The notes: generated by a model from the letters alone, not told the origin. 64,000 nt of DNA from Candidatus Aenigmatarchaeota archaeon (GCA_016932615.1 JAFGCN010000027.1:15277-79276), one strand, 5' to 3'. Positions 9,489-19,365 are shown, numbered from the stretch's first letter. Numbers and translations are program-made.

Positions 9489-10904
9489 ATGTCCCGCCAG
9501 ATTTACGAGGAAACCCTTCTCTTTGCAGGCATACTGAAATGGTCCCTTCTGGCAGGAGCAGTTGGGATTCTGGTAGGCCTTTCCACGGCATTCTTTCTCA
9601 GGGTTTTGGAATGGGCGCTCCGGCTTGGGGCAGGCCACCCGATGTATTTTCTCTTCCTCCCCTTTTCGCTGTTTCTGGTCGCTTTCATAAGAAAATATGT
9701 CTTTCCCGAGGCGGACGCATGCAGCACGGATGGGGTCATAAAATACGTGCACCACCTGAAGAAAATTCCGGCCATGTCGATTCCAAAGGCCTTTATTATG
9801 CCGATACTCACTATTGCTTCCGGCGGCTCCGCGGGAAAAGAAGCGCCGGCGGCGGATGTCGGCGCGGGTCTTGGCTCTCTTTTTGGGAGCTTCATGAACC
9901 TGAATGACGAAGACAGGCGAAAGCTTACTATCTGCGGCATAAGCGCGGGATTTGCGTCTGTCTTTGGAACGCCGATTGCAGGCGCGATTTTCGGAGTCGA
10001 AGTGCTTTTTATGGGAAGCCTTCTCTATGAAATTCTTCTGCCGGCGTTTATTGCGGGGGTTATTGGCTACCAGGTTTCTTCTGCAATGGGCATAACTTAT
10101 TTTTACCAGCCAATTGACATTGTGCCTGTATTCAGCCAGAGCTTCTTTTTTGACCTTATAATTGCTGGACTGTTTTTTGGCGTGTGCTCAGCGTTTTTCA
10201 TGTTTGCCTTGAAAAGCTGCAAGTCCTTTTCAGGCAAGTTCAACATCTGGGCACCCTTGAAGGGCTTTGTGGCGGGGCTTGTCCTGGTTGTCCTTGCATT
10301 CTCTTTTTCCACCCAGTATCTGGGCCTTGGCCTTGGCTCGGTGCAGTCCTCCTTGCAGGGAAACCCGGCCGACCCGGAAGCTTTCGCGCTTAAGACGATA
10401 TTTACTTCGATAACTCTCGGATTTGGGGGAAGCGGGGGGGTAATCACTCCGGTGTTTTTTGTCGGGGCGACTTCAGGAAATTTTTTTGCGCAGGTTTTTA
10501 GTGAGGACATGGCCACCTTTTCTGCAATAGGGCTTGTCGCGGTTTTGGCGGGCGTTACCGGAACGCCGATTGCCGCAAGCATTCTTGCAGTCGAGCTTTT
10601 CGGCTCCCACGTCGCGCCTTACGCTGCAATTGGCTGCCTCATCAGTTTCATAGTCGTGGGAAACAGGAGCATTTTCCCTTCGCAGGTGACGTCGGTCAAG
10701 AGGACATATGTGCCTATAAGCATTGACGAGGAAATTGGAAGGGTCAAGCCCCACATTGACAAGGGCTACCAGCTCCTGGTGGGTGCGGGCGAAGCGCTGA
10801 GCGAAAAGGTGCGCCCGGGAAAGTATGAATTTCGGAGGAAGACGCTGAAGCAGAAGATTTCCGACAAGGTGAAAAAGGCGAAAAGCTATGTCTGGGAGGA
10901 CTGA
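9489..10904 (+). CDS. ClC-family voltage-gated chloride channel / H+-Cl- antiporter.
   Basis: Selectivity motifs GSAGKEAP, GTPIAGAIFGVE and GTPIAASILAVELFG, with about 10 TM segments. Confidence 0.8.
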   Translation: MSRQIYEETLLFAGILKWSLLAGAVGILVGLSTAFFLRVLEWALRLGAGHPMYFLFLPFSLFLVAFIRKYVFPEADACSTDGVIKYVHHLKKIPAMSIPKAFIMPILTIASGGSAGKEAPAADVGAGLGSLFGSFMNLNDEDRRKLTICGISAGFASVFGTPIAGAIFGVEVLFMGSLLYEILLPAFIAGVIGYQVSSAMGITYFYQPIDIVPVFSQSFFFDLIIAGLFFGVCSAFFMFALKSCKSFSGKFNIWAPLKGFVAGLVLVVLAFSFSTQYLGLGLGSVQSSLQGNPADPEAFALKTIFTSITLGFGGSGGVITPVFFVGATSGNFFAQVFSEDMATFSAIGLVAVLAGVTGTPIAASILAVELFGSHVAPYAAIGCLISFIVVGNRSIFPSQVTSVKRTYVPISIDEEIGRVKPHIDKGYQLLVGAGEALSEKVRPGKYEFRRKTLKQKISDKVKKAKSYVWED

Positions 10905-10966
10905 AAATTTTGCCTTTTTTGGAATTTTTTAAAAAAGAAAAAATTGCTTTGCAGGTGTGGTTTGGG

Positions 10967-11272
10967 CTACTTTTTGGTCACTTTCTCTTCCTTTAGGACC
11001 ATCTTTGCGATTAGGAATACAACTGCGGCTATTATGACGAAATTTATGAGCTCGGCCAGGAAAGGCCCCCACCCAATTATGACAGGGCCTAACGCAAAGG
11101 TTGCTGTTTTCCATGCGCCTCCGGGTATGAAAAACGTCACCACGGGCATTATGACATTGTCGACAAGGGACTTGACAAGAGCAGTTACTGCAACGCCCAT
11201 TATGAACGCCACTGCAAGCCCCACAACCTTGTATTCCTTCAGGAAATCCTTGAATTCTTTTACTAGTGCCAT
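10967..11272 (-). CDS. mscL: Large-conductance mechanosensitive channel.
   Basis: MALVKEFKDFLKEYKVVGLAVAFIMGVAVTALVKSLVDNVIMP has the same layout as the MscL N-terminus and TM1. 101 aa with two TMs. Confidence 0.8.
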   Translation of the reverse strand: MALVKEFKDFLKEYKVVGLAVAFIMGVAVTALVKSLVDNVIMPVVTFFIPGGAWKTATFALGPVIIGWGPFLAELINFVIIAAVVFLIAKMVLKEEKVTKK

Positions 11273-11336
11273 AATTATCCAAGTGCCTGCTATATATGCT
11301 GTTTGGGAGAGAGCCGCAGAATAAGTGAGGGGGTGT

Positions 11337-11894
11337 TTAGGAAAGTCTTAATTTTGGGTGCTTAGAGGAAAGTTTTGCACACCAAAGCGACTCAAACCAA
11401 AGTTTTTTTTCGGCAATTATTTCCAGCCCGTATTTTTTCTTCAGCATTTCCACTTGGTTAAAACTTGAAAGCAGAACTATTGCCTCGCCCGTATTTTCTA
11501 GGTGATTTCCGACATTCTGCAAAAACCTTTCTGTCACCTCCTGCCCGTTCTTTCCGCCGCAGAGGCATTTTTCCCCCTTTCCCGGCAGGTATGGCGGGTT
11601 GAAGAAAACAAGGTCAAATTTTCCGGCTACTTTTTCGAACAGGTCGCTTTCGGCAAACTCGATGTTTTTTGCTCCTTTTTCCAATGCCTCCTTTTTTGCG
11701 CGCTTCAGGGCATCCGGATTGATGTCTATTGCGATAATCTTCCCTATTTTTGGGGAAAGTGCAATCGAGATGATTCCGCTTCCAGTGCCTATTTCAATCG
11801 CACTTTCAATTTTCCGGCTTCCAATTTCCTTTTCGATGCACTCCAGAAGAAAGTAGGTGTCTTCGCCCCCCTCGTATACGATTTCCTTCTCCAT
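11337..11894 (-). CDS. SAM-dependent methyltransferase, N5-glutamine (HemK/Mtq2-like) family.
   Basis: EIGTGSGIISIAL SAM-binding motif I and an NPPY motif (FFNPPYLP). Confidence 0.7.
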   Translation of the reverse strand: MEKEIVYEGGEDTYFLLECIEKEIGSRKIESAIEIGTGSGIISIALSPKIGKIIAIDINPDALKRAKKEALEKGAKNIEFAESDLFEKVAGKFDLVFFNPPYLPGKGEKCLCGGKNGQEVTERFLQNVGNHLENTGEAIVLLSSFNQVEMLKKKYGLEIIAEKKLWFESLWCAKLSSKHPKLRLS

Positions 11895-11921
11895 ACTGAT
11901 ATATATGGCTGTTTTTTCTAG

Positions 11922-13010
11922 ATGATTATGCCTAAGCGGTTTTTGTCGGCAGGCGTTTTTTCAGGTCACTTGCCAGTGCTTGCCCTTCTGCTTTTCCTGC
12001 TGTTCTCACAAGCTGCTTTTGCCCTGGAAGTTATTTCCGGAGATACTGTCTATGTAAGCGAGCCCATTCAGGATGATATATTCGTAACTGCAGGCACAAT
12101 CTATGTGGATGCTCCCGTCAGCGGCGCAATACTTGGGGGAGGCAAGGTTGTGCTGAACGAGCCGGTTCAAGGAGACGTGCTGGCAATCGGCGGGGATATT
12201 GACGTTAATTCTGAGGTATATGGCCGGCTGGTTGCTATTGGGGGGACAGTTAACGTCAAGGGAAACGTTTCCACGAACCTGCTATTTGCTGGCGGCTCGG
12301 CAAAAATCCTTCCAGGCGCAGTTATCGGGCGTGACGCAGTTTTCTATGCGGGGATGGTTTCAAATGAGGGGGAAGTTGGAGGTAATTTGAGAGTCGAGGG
12401 CGGAAACCTCGAAAACAACGGAAGCGCAGGAGAAGTTATCGTTAAAAAGAGTAACGGAACAAGCGACCTTGAGCTTTTGGCCCAGGCGCTAAACATTCTC
12501 CTTCTTGTGAGCATATTCGTAACCGGGCTTATAGTCCTGGCGGTATTTCCCTCTCTTTTCACCAGCACTGAGGAGACTGTCAGGGAGTCGCCGGTAAGGT
12601 CATTTCTCATGGGTTTTGTCCTTGCCTTTGTTTCCCCACTGCTTGTTATCCTGTTTCTCCTTTCCATAGTCGGCATCCCGGTCGCCTTTTTCCTTGCCCT
12701 TGCATTTGTCTTCTCACTCATGGTTTCCGTCCTCGTTATTTCTTATGCTGTTGGGGGGTACATTTTCCGCGCTCTTGGCTTGAAAAACCACAATTTTCTG
12801 GCCTATATCATCGGTTACTTCCTGTTTATCCTGGCGGTCAGGGAGCTTCCTTTTGGCGGGTGGCTTCTTGCTATATCGATGCTTATGGGCGGAGGGGCGC
12901 TGTACTTTGCCGGAAGGGAGGGATTTGGCAGGAACAAGGGCTGGCGACTTCTGGCCGTTTTGAGGGAATTATGGCCGAAATTTTCGGGCAAAAAGCCCCC
13001 TTCAGAATAA
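11922..13010 (+). CDS. Membrane protein with a signal peptide, a beta-helix-like repeat domain (bactofilin- or hexapeptide-like) and four C-terminal TM helices.
   Basis: Repeated G.V.G.I/V.V..GNV strands (GKVVLNEPVQGDVLAIGGDIDVNSEVYGRLVAIGGTVNVKGNV) followed by hydrophobic helices. Confidence 0.5.
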   Translation: MIMPKRFLSAGVFSGHLPVLALLLFLLFSQAAFALEVISGDTVYVSEPIQDDIFVTAGTIYVDAPVSGAILGGGKVVLNEPVQGDVLAIGGDIDVNSEVYGRLVAIGGTVNVKGNVSTNLLFAGGSAKILPGAVIGRDAVFYAGMVSNEGEVGGNLRVEGGNLENNGSAGEVIVKKSNGTSDLELLAQALNILLLVSIFVTGLIVLAVFPSLFTSTEETVRESPVRSFLMGFVLAFVSPLLVILFLLSIVGIPVAFFLALAFVFSLMVSVLVISYAVGGYIFRALGLKNHNFLAYIIGYFLFILAVRELPFGGWLLAISMLMGGGALYFAGREGFGRNKGWRLLAVLRELWPKFSGKKPPSE

Positions 13011-13062
13011 CACCCGCCCCTGCGGGAATATCTGGCTAATTTATTTCTTTCGGCTCTATGTT

Positions 13063-13440
13063 ATGGGAAAGGTCAGGAACAGGAAGTTTCGCGGTTCAAA
13101 CACCTGCGGATACGGGTCTAAGAAAAAGCACCGGGGAAAGGGCTCAAGAGGAGGAGTCGGCTTTGCGGGCTCTAAAAAGCACAGGATGCAGATGTTCAAG
13201 ATGAAGTGCCCGGAGCACTACGACCACAGGGCTTTGAAAAAGAAGGCAGTATGCAGAGTCATAAACCTGGAAGACCTTAATAAGTTCGAAACGCCTGAGG
13301 TAAACCTGACCGAAATGGGCTATGAAAAGCTCCTTGGCTTGGGCGAGCCGAAAAAGAAGCTTAAAGTCACCGTTGCCCGATGGAGCAAATCCGCCGAGGA
13401 AAAGATAAAGGCAGCAGGCGGCGAGATAATTGAAGGTTAG
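13063..13440 (+). CDS. rpl15: Ribosomal protein uL15.
   Basis: Gly- and basic-rich N-terminus (RGSNTCGYGSKKKHRGKGSRGGVGFAGSKKH) typical of uL15. It is the usual upstream neighbour of secY. Confidence 0.7.
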   Translation: MGKVRNRKFRGSNTCGYGSKKKHRGKGSRGGVGFAGSKKHRMQMFKMKCPEHYDHRALKKKAVCRVINLEDLNKFETPEVNLTEMGYEKLLGLGEPKKKLKVTVARWSKSAEEKIKAAGGEIIEG

Positions 13441-13543
13441 CTCATAGTATACTTTACTTCTGGATGATTTTCTCTTCTGGGATAATATCCTATTCTTTTT
13501 GGCTTTTAAAACTATTTATTCTTTTAAAGTAGCAATTATTTAG

Positions 13544-14041
13544 GTGAAAAAGATGGCAGGTATCAATAATTCGGAGATAGTTCATGTAGGGTTGCCTTCA
13601 GATAAAGGCATGGTCACCATCAATAGAACTGGAGACACATACCTCATTAACTTTTCAAGGATTATTGGAGACAGAAGCTATAGTTCAAATCTGGAGCTGG
13701 GTGATGGTCGTATCCTTAGGTATTCTTCCTGGGTTGATGCTGACGAGCATAGGGCTATCCCTGGGTCTAGTACTACCCTTACAGAGGGTATTATCTCGGA
13801 GGGGTATTATGGATATAATGACACTTCGTATGATTCTAGGTTGGGCCGTGCGAGAGATAGATTGAAAGATATGCGATTGCTTCAGGAATCGATCCTGCCG
13901 GCTCAGGTTCCGGAATTGGACCAGGCGGTACTTACTTTGGGCCTGATTGCCTCAGATATGGGTAACCCTCTTAGCAATCTCGAATATACACCAACTACAC
14001 CTCCACCAAGCCCTCTGTCGGATAGGCCGTTTGTAGGATAG
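13544..14041 (+). CDS. Hypothetical protein. The ORF begins at GTG, and the first ATG is at 13553.
   Basis: 165-aa ORF inserted between uL15 and secY. No family recognised. Confidence 0.35.
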   Translation: MKKMAGINNSEIVHVGLPSDKGMVTINRTGDTYLINFSRIIGDRSYSSNLELGDGRILRYSSWVDADEHRAIPGSSTTLTEGIISEGYYGYNDTSYDSRLGRARDRLKDMRLLQESILPAQVPELDQAVLTLGLIASDMGNPLSNLEYTPTTPPPSPLSDRPFVG

Positions 14042-14261
14042 TCTTTGTTAGTTTAAGAGGGCGAATAATTGAAGGGTGATTTTGGCGTTTGTCGCTTTCT
14101 GATGGATAATTGTTGGACTATTCTGTCTATTTTTCCCTTCTTGTTTGCCAAGGGTAGCCAAATAGACCAGGCCCGTATCTTTGAAGGGCACCCATAAAAA
14201 CAGTTTAATAAGGGCTATAAGTAGCTAGGGGGTCTTATTCGTCACGAAACGTATTTTTTAC

Positions 14262-14290
14262 AGACCCCTCCTTTTTGTGAGGGGTTTTCA
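14262..14290 (+). terminator. GC hairpin followed by a T tract (acccctcctttttgtgaggggtttt).
   Basis: Stem CCCCTC/GAGGGG with a T-rich tail, lying in a 468-bp intergenic region. Confidence 0.3.
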
Positions 14291-14518
14291 TAGCGCGCCA
14301 ATTATGTTGCCTTGCAGTAGTTTCTATCTCTAAGGATGTGCTTTTTTCCCGATATGCATCTCCTCTCAGTTTCCAGCCATTTGCCTTGTAAATAACTACC
14401 CTTTAGTAAAATTACAAAGTAAGCTACCTCTAAAATGGCTCTAAACGTCAATTAGCCGGCTTTTAAGCGGTTTGGTGGTGTATATAAGCTAAATATACAT
14501 TATTATTTAGTGACAACT

Positions 14519-15466
14519 ATGAAAGTAACCACTATTTGGTTGGACCTACTTGCCTTAGCAATAGTCGCAGGAATAGTCCTGCCGGGATTTGCAATGGCAG
14601 AAGGGCGCAGCGATGTAGAGACAGGAATTGCCTGGGCAAGACCATATTATCTTGCAATGCTTTCGGCCAGAGCTGAAACTGGAGCATGCCTTGATGAATT
14701 GGCAGTTTGCAACGAAACTCTCAATAAAACCCAGACAAAGCTTAAAAGGGTTATGAAACCACGCTCAAGCGGGCCCATAACCTCAGAAGGGCAGCGCTAC
14801 TATGATATGTGGCAGTCATGCCTTAGCGGAAGCCCAAATGGAGAAGGCACCGAGTGTGAGGACTGCACACCCGCAAACGAGGAGAACTGTGAGCAGTATT
14901 GCCCAGAACAGGACTGCGAGACAGATGAATGCACCCCGGTAAATGAGGAAACCTGCAGCGAATACATAAACGAGGATACTTGTGCGCAATACTTCCCAGA
15001 GGAAGAAGGATGCACCCCGGTTAACTACCAGACATGCCGGCCTTACATCAACGCTAACACCTGCAGCGGATACATCAACGCTAACACATGCAGACCTTAC
15101 GTAAACATGAATTCCTGCAGACCCTACATAAACATGAACACCTGCAGCGGATACATCAACGCCAACACCTGCAAGCCATACATAAATGAAGACTCCTGTG
15201 AGGAATATTGCCCGGACCAGGCCTGCAACGAGATAGAGATAGAAGTAACGCTTGACAAGTCAGAATCAATAACAATTGATGGAACAAAACTGACTTCTTC
15301 AGGGACAGAAACTTCGTGCGGACATAAGAAGGTAACAATAAATGGCGTCAAGATTGCAGAGCACGCAAGCCATACGTTTGGTCAGGTAACTGTTAAGGTA
15401 GAGGACATATCCGGAAATACTGCAGATTTAGAAATCTCAATTCAGGACTGCACGGATGAAAGATAA
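14519..15466 (+). CDS. Secreted cysteine-rich protein with tandem CxPYINxNT repeats.
   Basis: Signal peptide (TIWLDLLALAIVAGIVLPGFAMA), an acidic Cys-rich region, then about 7 tandem 9-10-aa repeats (CRPYINANTCSGYINANTCRPYVNMNSC...). The ORF track starts at a GTG at 14510. Confidence 0.6.
   Translation: MKVTTIWLDLLALAIVAGIVLPGFAMAEGRSDVETGIAWARPYYLAMLSARAETGACLDELAVCNETLNKTQTKLKRVMKPRSSGPITSEGQRYYDMWQSCLSGSPNGEGTECEDCTPANEENCEQYCPEQDCETDECTPVNEETCSEYINEDTCAQYFPEEEGCTPVNYQTCRPYINANTCSGYINANTCRPYVNMNSCRPYINMNTCSGYINANTCKPYINEDSCEEYCPDQACNEIEIEVTLDKSESITIDGTKLTSSGTETSCGHKKVTINGVKIAEHASHTFGQVTVKVEDISGNTADLEISIQDCTDER
15035..15210 (+). repeat. Tandem coding repeats of 27-30 nt.
   Basis: ccttacatcaacgctaacacctgcagc-like units repeated about 6-7 times inside the CDS at 14519-15466. 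Confidence 0.6.
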
Positions 15467-15492
15467 TTTTCTTTTGAGGTTTTGTAATAGTT

Positions 15493-16050
15493 TTACAAGA
15501 GAGCTTTCTTTATTGCTTCATATTTTTCGCTAAGCATTTCCTGTGCCTCAGGCATAAGCTTTTCCCAGCTTCTTTCAAGCTTTCCCAAAACCCAGTCCCT
15601 GCCTTCATCTATTCCCATTTCGTGCTTTGTGTAGGCAAGGTAGAGCAGGGAAGCGACATTGTCAAAATGCGCCATGGCGTCGCTACTGGCGACAATTTCG
15701 GCCTCAAGGGTCTCTCTTGGAATGTTTTTGCTTGCCCGGTGGGCCAGAATGCAGTGCTGCACGCGCTTTATGCGGTCTTCAGGGTAGTACATACTATAAA
15801 GGACCTCTCCGGCAAGCCGGGCGCTGTGTATGTGGTGCTCTGGGTATAGCTCTTTGTCCAGAACAGATGAATAATCGTGAAAAAGGGCTCCAAGCTCGCA
15901 GATTTCCTCGTCACCGCCGGTCTTTCGTGCCAGGGCTTTAGAGTATTTTACGACCGACTCTATGTGGTGCGTCCACGCCCCGTAGCCATAGGCATTGTTT
16001 TCACTCCTACAGGCCGATTCCACGAGGTTTCTGGCTTCTTCAGCAATCAT
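15493..16050 (-). CDS. HD-domain metal-dependent phosphohydrolase.
   Basis: H...HD motif (GALFHDYSS) and downstream His and Asp residues (ILAHRAS, SSDAMAHFD). Confidence 0.7.
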   Translation of the reverse strand: MIAEEARNLVESACRSENNAYGYGAWTHHIESVVKYSKALARKTGGDEEICELGALFHDYSSVLDKELYPEHHIHSARLAGEVLYSMYYPEDRIKRVQHCILAHRASKNIPRETLEAEIVASSDAMAHFDNVASLLYLAYTKHEMGIDEGRDWVLGKLERSWEKLMPEAQEMLSEKYEAIKKALL

Positions 16051-16097
16051 AAGCTTATAAGGAAAGCTTTATCTACGATTCTTTCGAGCAATTATTA

Positions 16098-16107
16098 TTT
16101 TTAAAAG
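16098..16107 (+). promoter_or_regulatory. TATA-like box upstream of secY (tttttaaaag).
   Basis: AT-rich box about 10-20 nt before the ATG at 16117. Confidence 0.3.
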
Positions 16108-16116
16108 AGTTATTTA

Positions 16117-17484
16117 ATGAACCTAGTGAACAAGATGCCGGGAGTCGTAAACCCTAAATCCCGGCTTAACTTCAAGGACCGGCTTAAATGGACTGTGCTT
16201 GTTCTTGTTCTTTTCTTTTTGATGGGTGAGACCCCGCTTATCGGAGTCGCACAGCAAAGCTATGATTACTTCAAGAATATATCCGTGCTTTTGGGTTCAG
16301 AATTCGGGACTCTTGGGACACTTGGTATTGGCCCGATTGTTACCGCTTCCATTCTTCTTCAGGTTTTGGTCGGGGCCAAGATTCTTGGTTGGGACCTGAG
16401 CAAAAGGGAAGGTAGGGTCAAGTTCCAGGGCACGCAGAAAATGCTTGCAATCGCTTTTTGTTTCCTTGAAGGTTTTGCGTACGTAATGTTTGGGGCCGTA
16501 CAGGCGGAAGTTCCGTCAATGGTCCTGTTTGTTGGCCTGCAGATTGCGGCAGGCGGCCTTATAATCCTATTCCTTGATGAGGTAAGCACAAAATGGGGCC
16601 TTGGGCCGGGTGTTTCCCTGTTTATTGCCGCAGGGGTTTCTAAAGTCATATTTGTCCGGATGCTGTCCGTTGTCCCATCAGGAGAATACTTTGCAGGCGC
16701 CATTCCAAGCCTTCTTGCAAGCCTTCCCGTGGGAAGAATTGACTTGGCCGCATTTTACCTGACCGCCATTCTTGCAACGGTTCTTATATTTGCCCTTTCA
16801 TTGTTCGCACAGTCCATAAAGGTTGAAATCCCTCTTGCTTTCTCGCAGGTGAGGGGCTTTGGAAGAAGGTGGCCTTTAAACCTGTTCTATACCTCCAACA
16901 TGCCGGTAATCCTTGCTTCTGCCTTCCTTATTAACATTTCCCTTTTCGGCTCAATTCTCGATAATCAGGGCATAACATCTATTCTTGGCACTTATGATGA
17001 TACCACGGGCCAGCCGATAAGCGGGCTTGGTTATTACCTTTCAGCGCCGCACAACCTTCTTCCAACAGTAATGTCTGGCCTTGTGTCCGGAGCAGAGATT
17101 CCTACCGCAGAGTTTGTGCGTGCGATAACCTATACGATATTCCTGACGGCTCTTTGCGTCGTATTTGCCTTCTTCTGGGTCGAAACCACCAATATGGGCC
17201 CTGAGCCGGTGGCAGACCAGATTACTTCGGTTGGTATGCAGATTCCGGGCTTTAGAAAGGACAAGAGAATCCTGGTTGGGATTCTGTCGAAATATATTTA
17301 CCCGCTTACAATAATGGGCGCCATTGCCGTTGGGCTTCTGGCAGCCATTGCCGACCTTACCGGCGCTTTTGGAACCGGAACCGGAATCCTTCTTACGGTA
17401 ATGATTCTCTACAACTTCTACGAGAGAATCGGCCAGCAGTATGCTGAAGACATGAACCCTGCGGTCAGGAAGTTCTTCGAATAA
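16117..17484 (+). CDS. secY: Preprotein translocase subunit SecY (Sec61alpha-type).
   Basis: 455 aa with 10 TMs and archaeal SecY signatures (GTLGTLGIGPIVTASILLQVL, plug and hinge regions). Confidence 0.9.
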   Translation: MNLVNKMPGVVNPKSRLNFKDRLKWTVLVLVLFFLMGETPLIGVAQQSYDYFKNISVLLGSEFGTLGTLGIGPIVTASILLQVLVGAKILGWDLSKREGRVKFQGTQKMLAIAFCFLEGFAYVMFGAVQAEVPSMVLFVGLQIAAGGLIILFLDEVSTKWGLGPGVSLFIAAGVSKVIFVRMLSVVPSGEYFAGAIPSLLASLPVGRIDLAAFYLTAILATVLIFALSLFAQSIKVEIPLAFSQVRGFGRRWPLNLFYTSNMPVILASAFLINISLFGSILDNQGITSILGTYDDTTGQPISGLGYYLSAPHNLLPTVMSGLVSGAEIPTAEFVRAITYTIFLTALCVVFAFFWVETTNMGPEPVADQITSVGMQIPGFRKDKRILVGILSKYIYPLTIMGAIAVGLLAAIADLTGAFGTGTGILLTVMILYNFYERIGQQYAEDMNPAVRKFFE

Positions 17485-17675
17485 AACTGCAAACAGTTTT
17501 ATCATTTAGGGCATCTTCACCTTCGGTTCGACACCCTGAAAGGGCCGACACCTCCAAAAGAAGCAGATTCGAAAAAGCCCCGGGCTTTTTTTAGTAAACA
17601 CTTTGCCTTGATTCCCCTAAACGGCCACAATATCAAAAGGATTGAGCAGGGCAAATATCTTGAAGGATATTAGTT

Positions 17676-19028
17676 ATGGCTCCTGATTTGCGCGCTCTGG
17701 CAATTGTTGCTGCCATCATTTTCCTGCCAGCGGCAGCTTTGGCTGTGGACACAGGCGCGCCTTATTTTCAAAATCCTTCTTCTGCAGGTTCCTGTATTGA
17801 CGTGCCCCTGACAGTGGACGTAGAGGAAAGGTGCAGGATGAATCGGCTTGAGGCAAGCCCAAGGGTTCAGGGCGGCTGCGTCGTTGGGTATGACTGTGTT
17901 TACCCCTCCAAGGTTGGCTCTGTTGCAGGAAACAGCGCAAACTTAACGGTCCTTTCAATTGAGCCCTGTCTTGAAATCTCTGTTGTTTCAAACATCAGCC
18001 GCATTTTGGAGGAAATGAAGGCAGCAGAAGATAGCGGCGACAAGGCGGCTTATGATGAACTTTCCAGGGAGCTTGAGAAGCTAAGCTTATCGGTGGAAGC
18101 AGCAAGAGCCCGGTGTATTGCCAAGCTTCCGGCAAGGCCTTCAGAGGACCCAGACCACCTTCTGGATACCCCGGTGGCTGCCCAGATTAGGGCCTGCGAC
18201 GCTTTAGAATCGAGAAGGGCGAAAGTTGCTTACCTTCAGGGCATCCTTTCAGACCAGCAGAAGCAGAAATATTCCGGAGTTTCTCCCGAGGCGATTTCTG
18301 CAACAATTGGGCAATTGGAAGCCCAGTCGGCTTTTCTGGGGGAGGGCTGCAAAGATTTGGAGAAAGCAGGCCTTGGCGAACTTCTGATGGAGGCGGTAGG
18401 GGAGAGTACCTCAGGAGCAGGAGATATACTTGTCTACTACCAGATGCGCCTTTCCGAGATTTCTGCCTCTAATGAGACTCCTTCTGCAAAGGCAGGGCAA
18501 TTTATCGGGCTTAAGAATGAAACAAATCAGCTGGCGGCACTTCTTGTGGAAAAGCAGGGCCAGGTCAATGTCAGTGAACTCCGCCCCCTTGTAAGGAAAA
18601 TTTCCGTAATGCAGGGGGCAACTGAGGTGGAGGGCATAAGAGTTTATCCTAAGGCAGGCAGCATTGTTTTCAGGGCGAATGGGCTTCCCACTGCAATAAG
18701 GTACAACCTTTCTGGAATATTCCTGGATTCTGAAGGCATTTACGCCAAAATTGATAATATTACGCTTAATGAGGGTAAGCTCTTTGCAGAGGGAGTGGAA
18801 ATACGAGTTCTCCCTTCACAGGTAACAAGAAAGCTTGGCATTACGCCAAAGGAAATGCGGGTCGTGCCCAGGGGGGAAGGTCTGGCTTACCGGCTCACTC
18901 AGGAAGAGAGAGGAAAATTCCTGTGGCTTTTCCCGGTAGAGTATGAAAGGATAATCGAAGCCAGTGCGGAAAGCGCAAGCGTAGTGGCTAATAACGCCCC
19001 CTGGTGGTCAGTATTTGTAGTAAAATGA
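17676..19028 (+). CDS. Secreted hypothetical protein.
   Basis: Signal peptide (LRALAIVAAIIFLPAAALA) followed by an approximately 420-aa soluble domain. It occupies the position normally taken by adk after secY. Confidence 0.5.
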   Translation: MAPDLRALAIVAAIIFLPAAALAVDTGAPYFQNPSSAGSCIDVPLTVDVEERCRMNRLEASPRVQGGCVVGYDCVYPSKVGSVAGNSANLTVLSIEPCLEISVVSNISRILEEMKAAEDSGDKAAYDELSRELEKLSLSVEAARARCIAKLPARPSEDPDHLLDTPVAAQIRACDALESRRAKVAYLQGILSDQQKQKYSGVSPEAISATIGQLEAQSAFLGEGCKDLEKAGLGELLMEAVGESTSGAGDILVYYQMRLSEISASNETPSAKAGQFIGLKNETNQLAALLVEKQGQVNVSELRPLVRKISVMQGATEVEGIRVYPKAGSIVFRANGLPTAIRYNLSGIFLDSEGIYAKIDNITLNEGKLFAEGVEIRVLPSQVTRKLGITPKEMRVVPRGEGLAYRLTQEERGKFLWLFPVEYERIIEASAESASVVANNAPWWSVFVVK

Positions 19029-19055
19029 AGCAAATAGGTTTTAAGGGCCTGTGAG

Positions 19056-19364
19056 CTAAATGTAGGTTTTAAGCTTCTTTTTGAGCGCCGGCTCAGGGTA
19101 GAAGCCGACAATCTGGTCTATTAGCTTTCCGTCTTTGAAGACAAGGATATTGGGAATTGACCTTATCTCGTACTCACCTGTCACCTCGGGGTTTTCGTCA
19201 GTATTCAGCTTTCCAAACTTTATCTCGGTAATCTCTCCAGACAGATTTTCAAGAACGGGGCTGAGCATCTTGCATGGAGGGCACCATTCGGCAAAGCAGT
19301 CGACAACAGATACGCCTTCCTTTACGAAATTTTTGAAGTTTTTGTCCGTTACTTCTTTTATCAT
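19056..19364 (-). CDS. trx: Thioredoxin.
   Basis: 102 aa with a WCPPCK active site (CPPC variant of CGPC) and a thioredoxin fold. Confidence 0.8.
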   Translation of the reverse strand: MIKEVTDKNFKNFVKEGVSVVDCFAEWCPPCKMLSPVLENLSGEITEIKFGKLNTDENPEVTGEYEIRSIPNILVFKDGKLIDQIVGFYPEPALKKKLKTYI

Positions 19365-19365
19365 C

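Noticed and set aside
17485-17675. Possible small RNA or tRNA downstream of secY.
   Set aside because: Only a GC hairpin with a T tract (aaaaagccccgggcttttttt) was found. That is consistent with a terminator. No tRNA-like structure is present.
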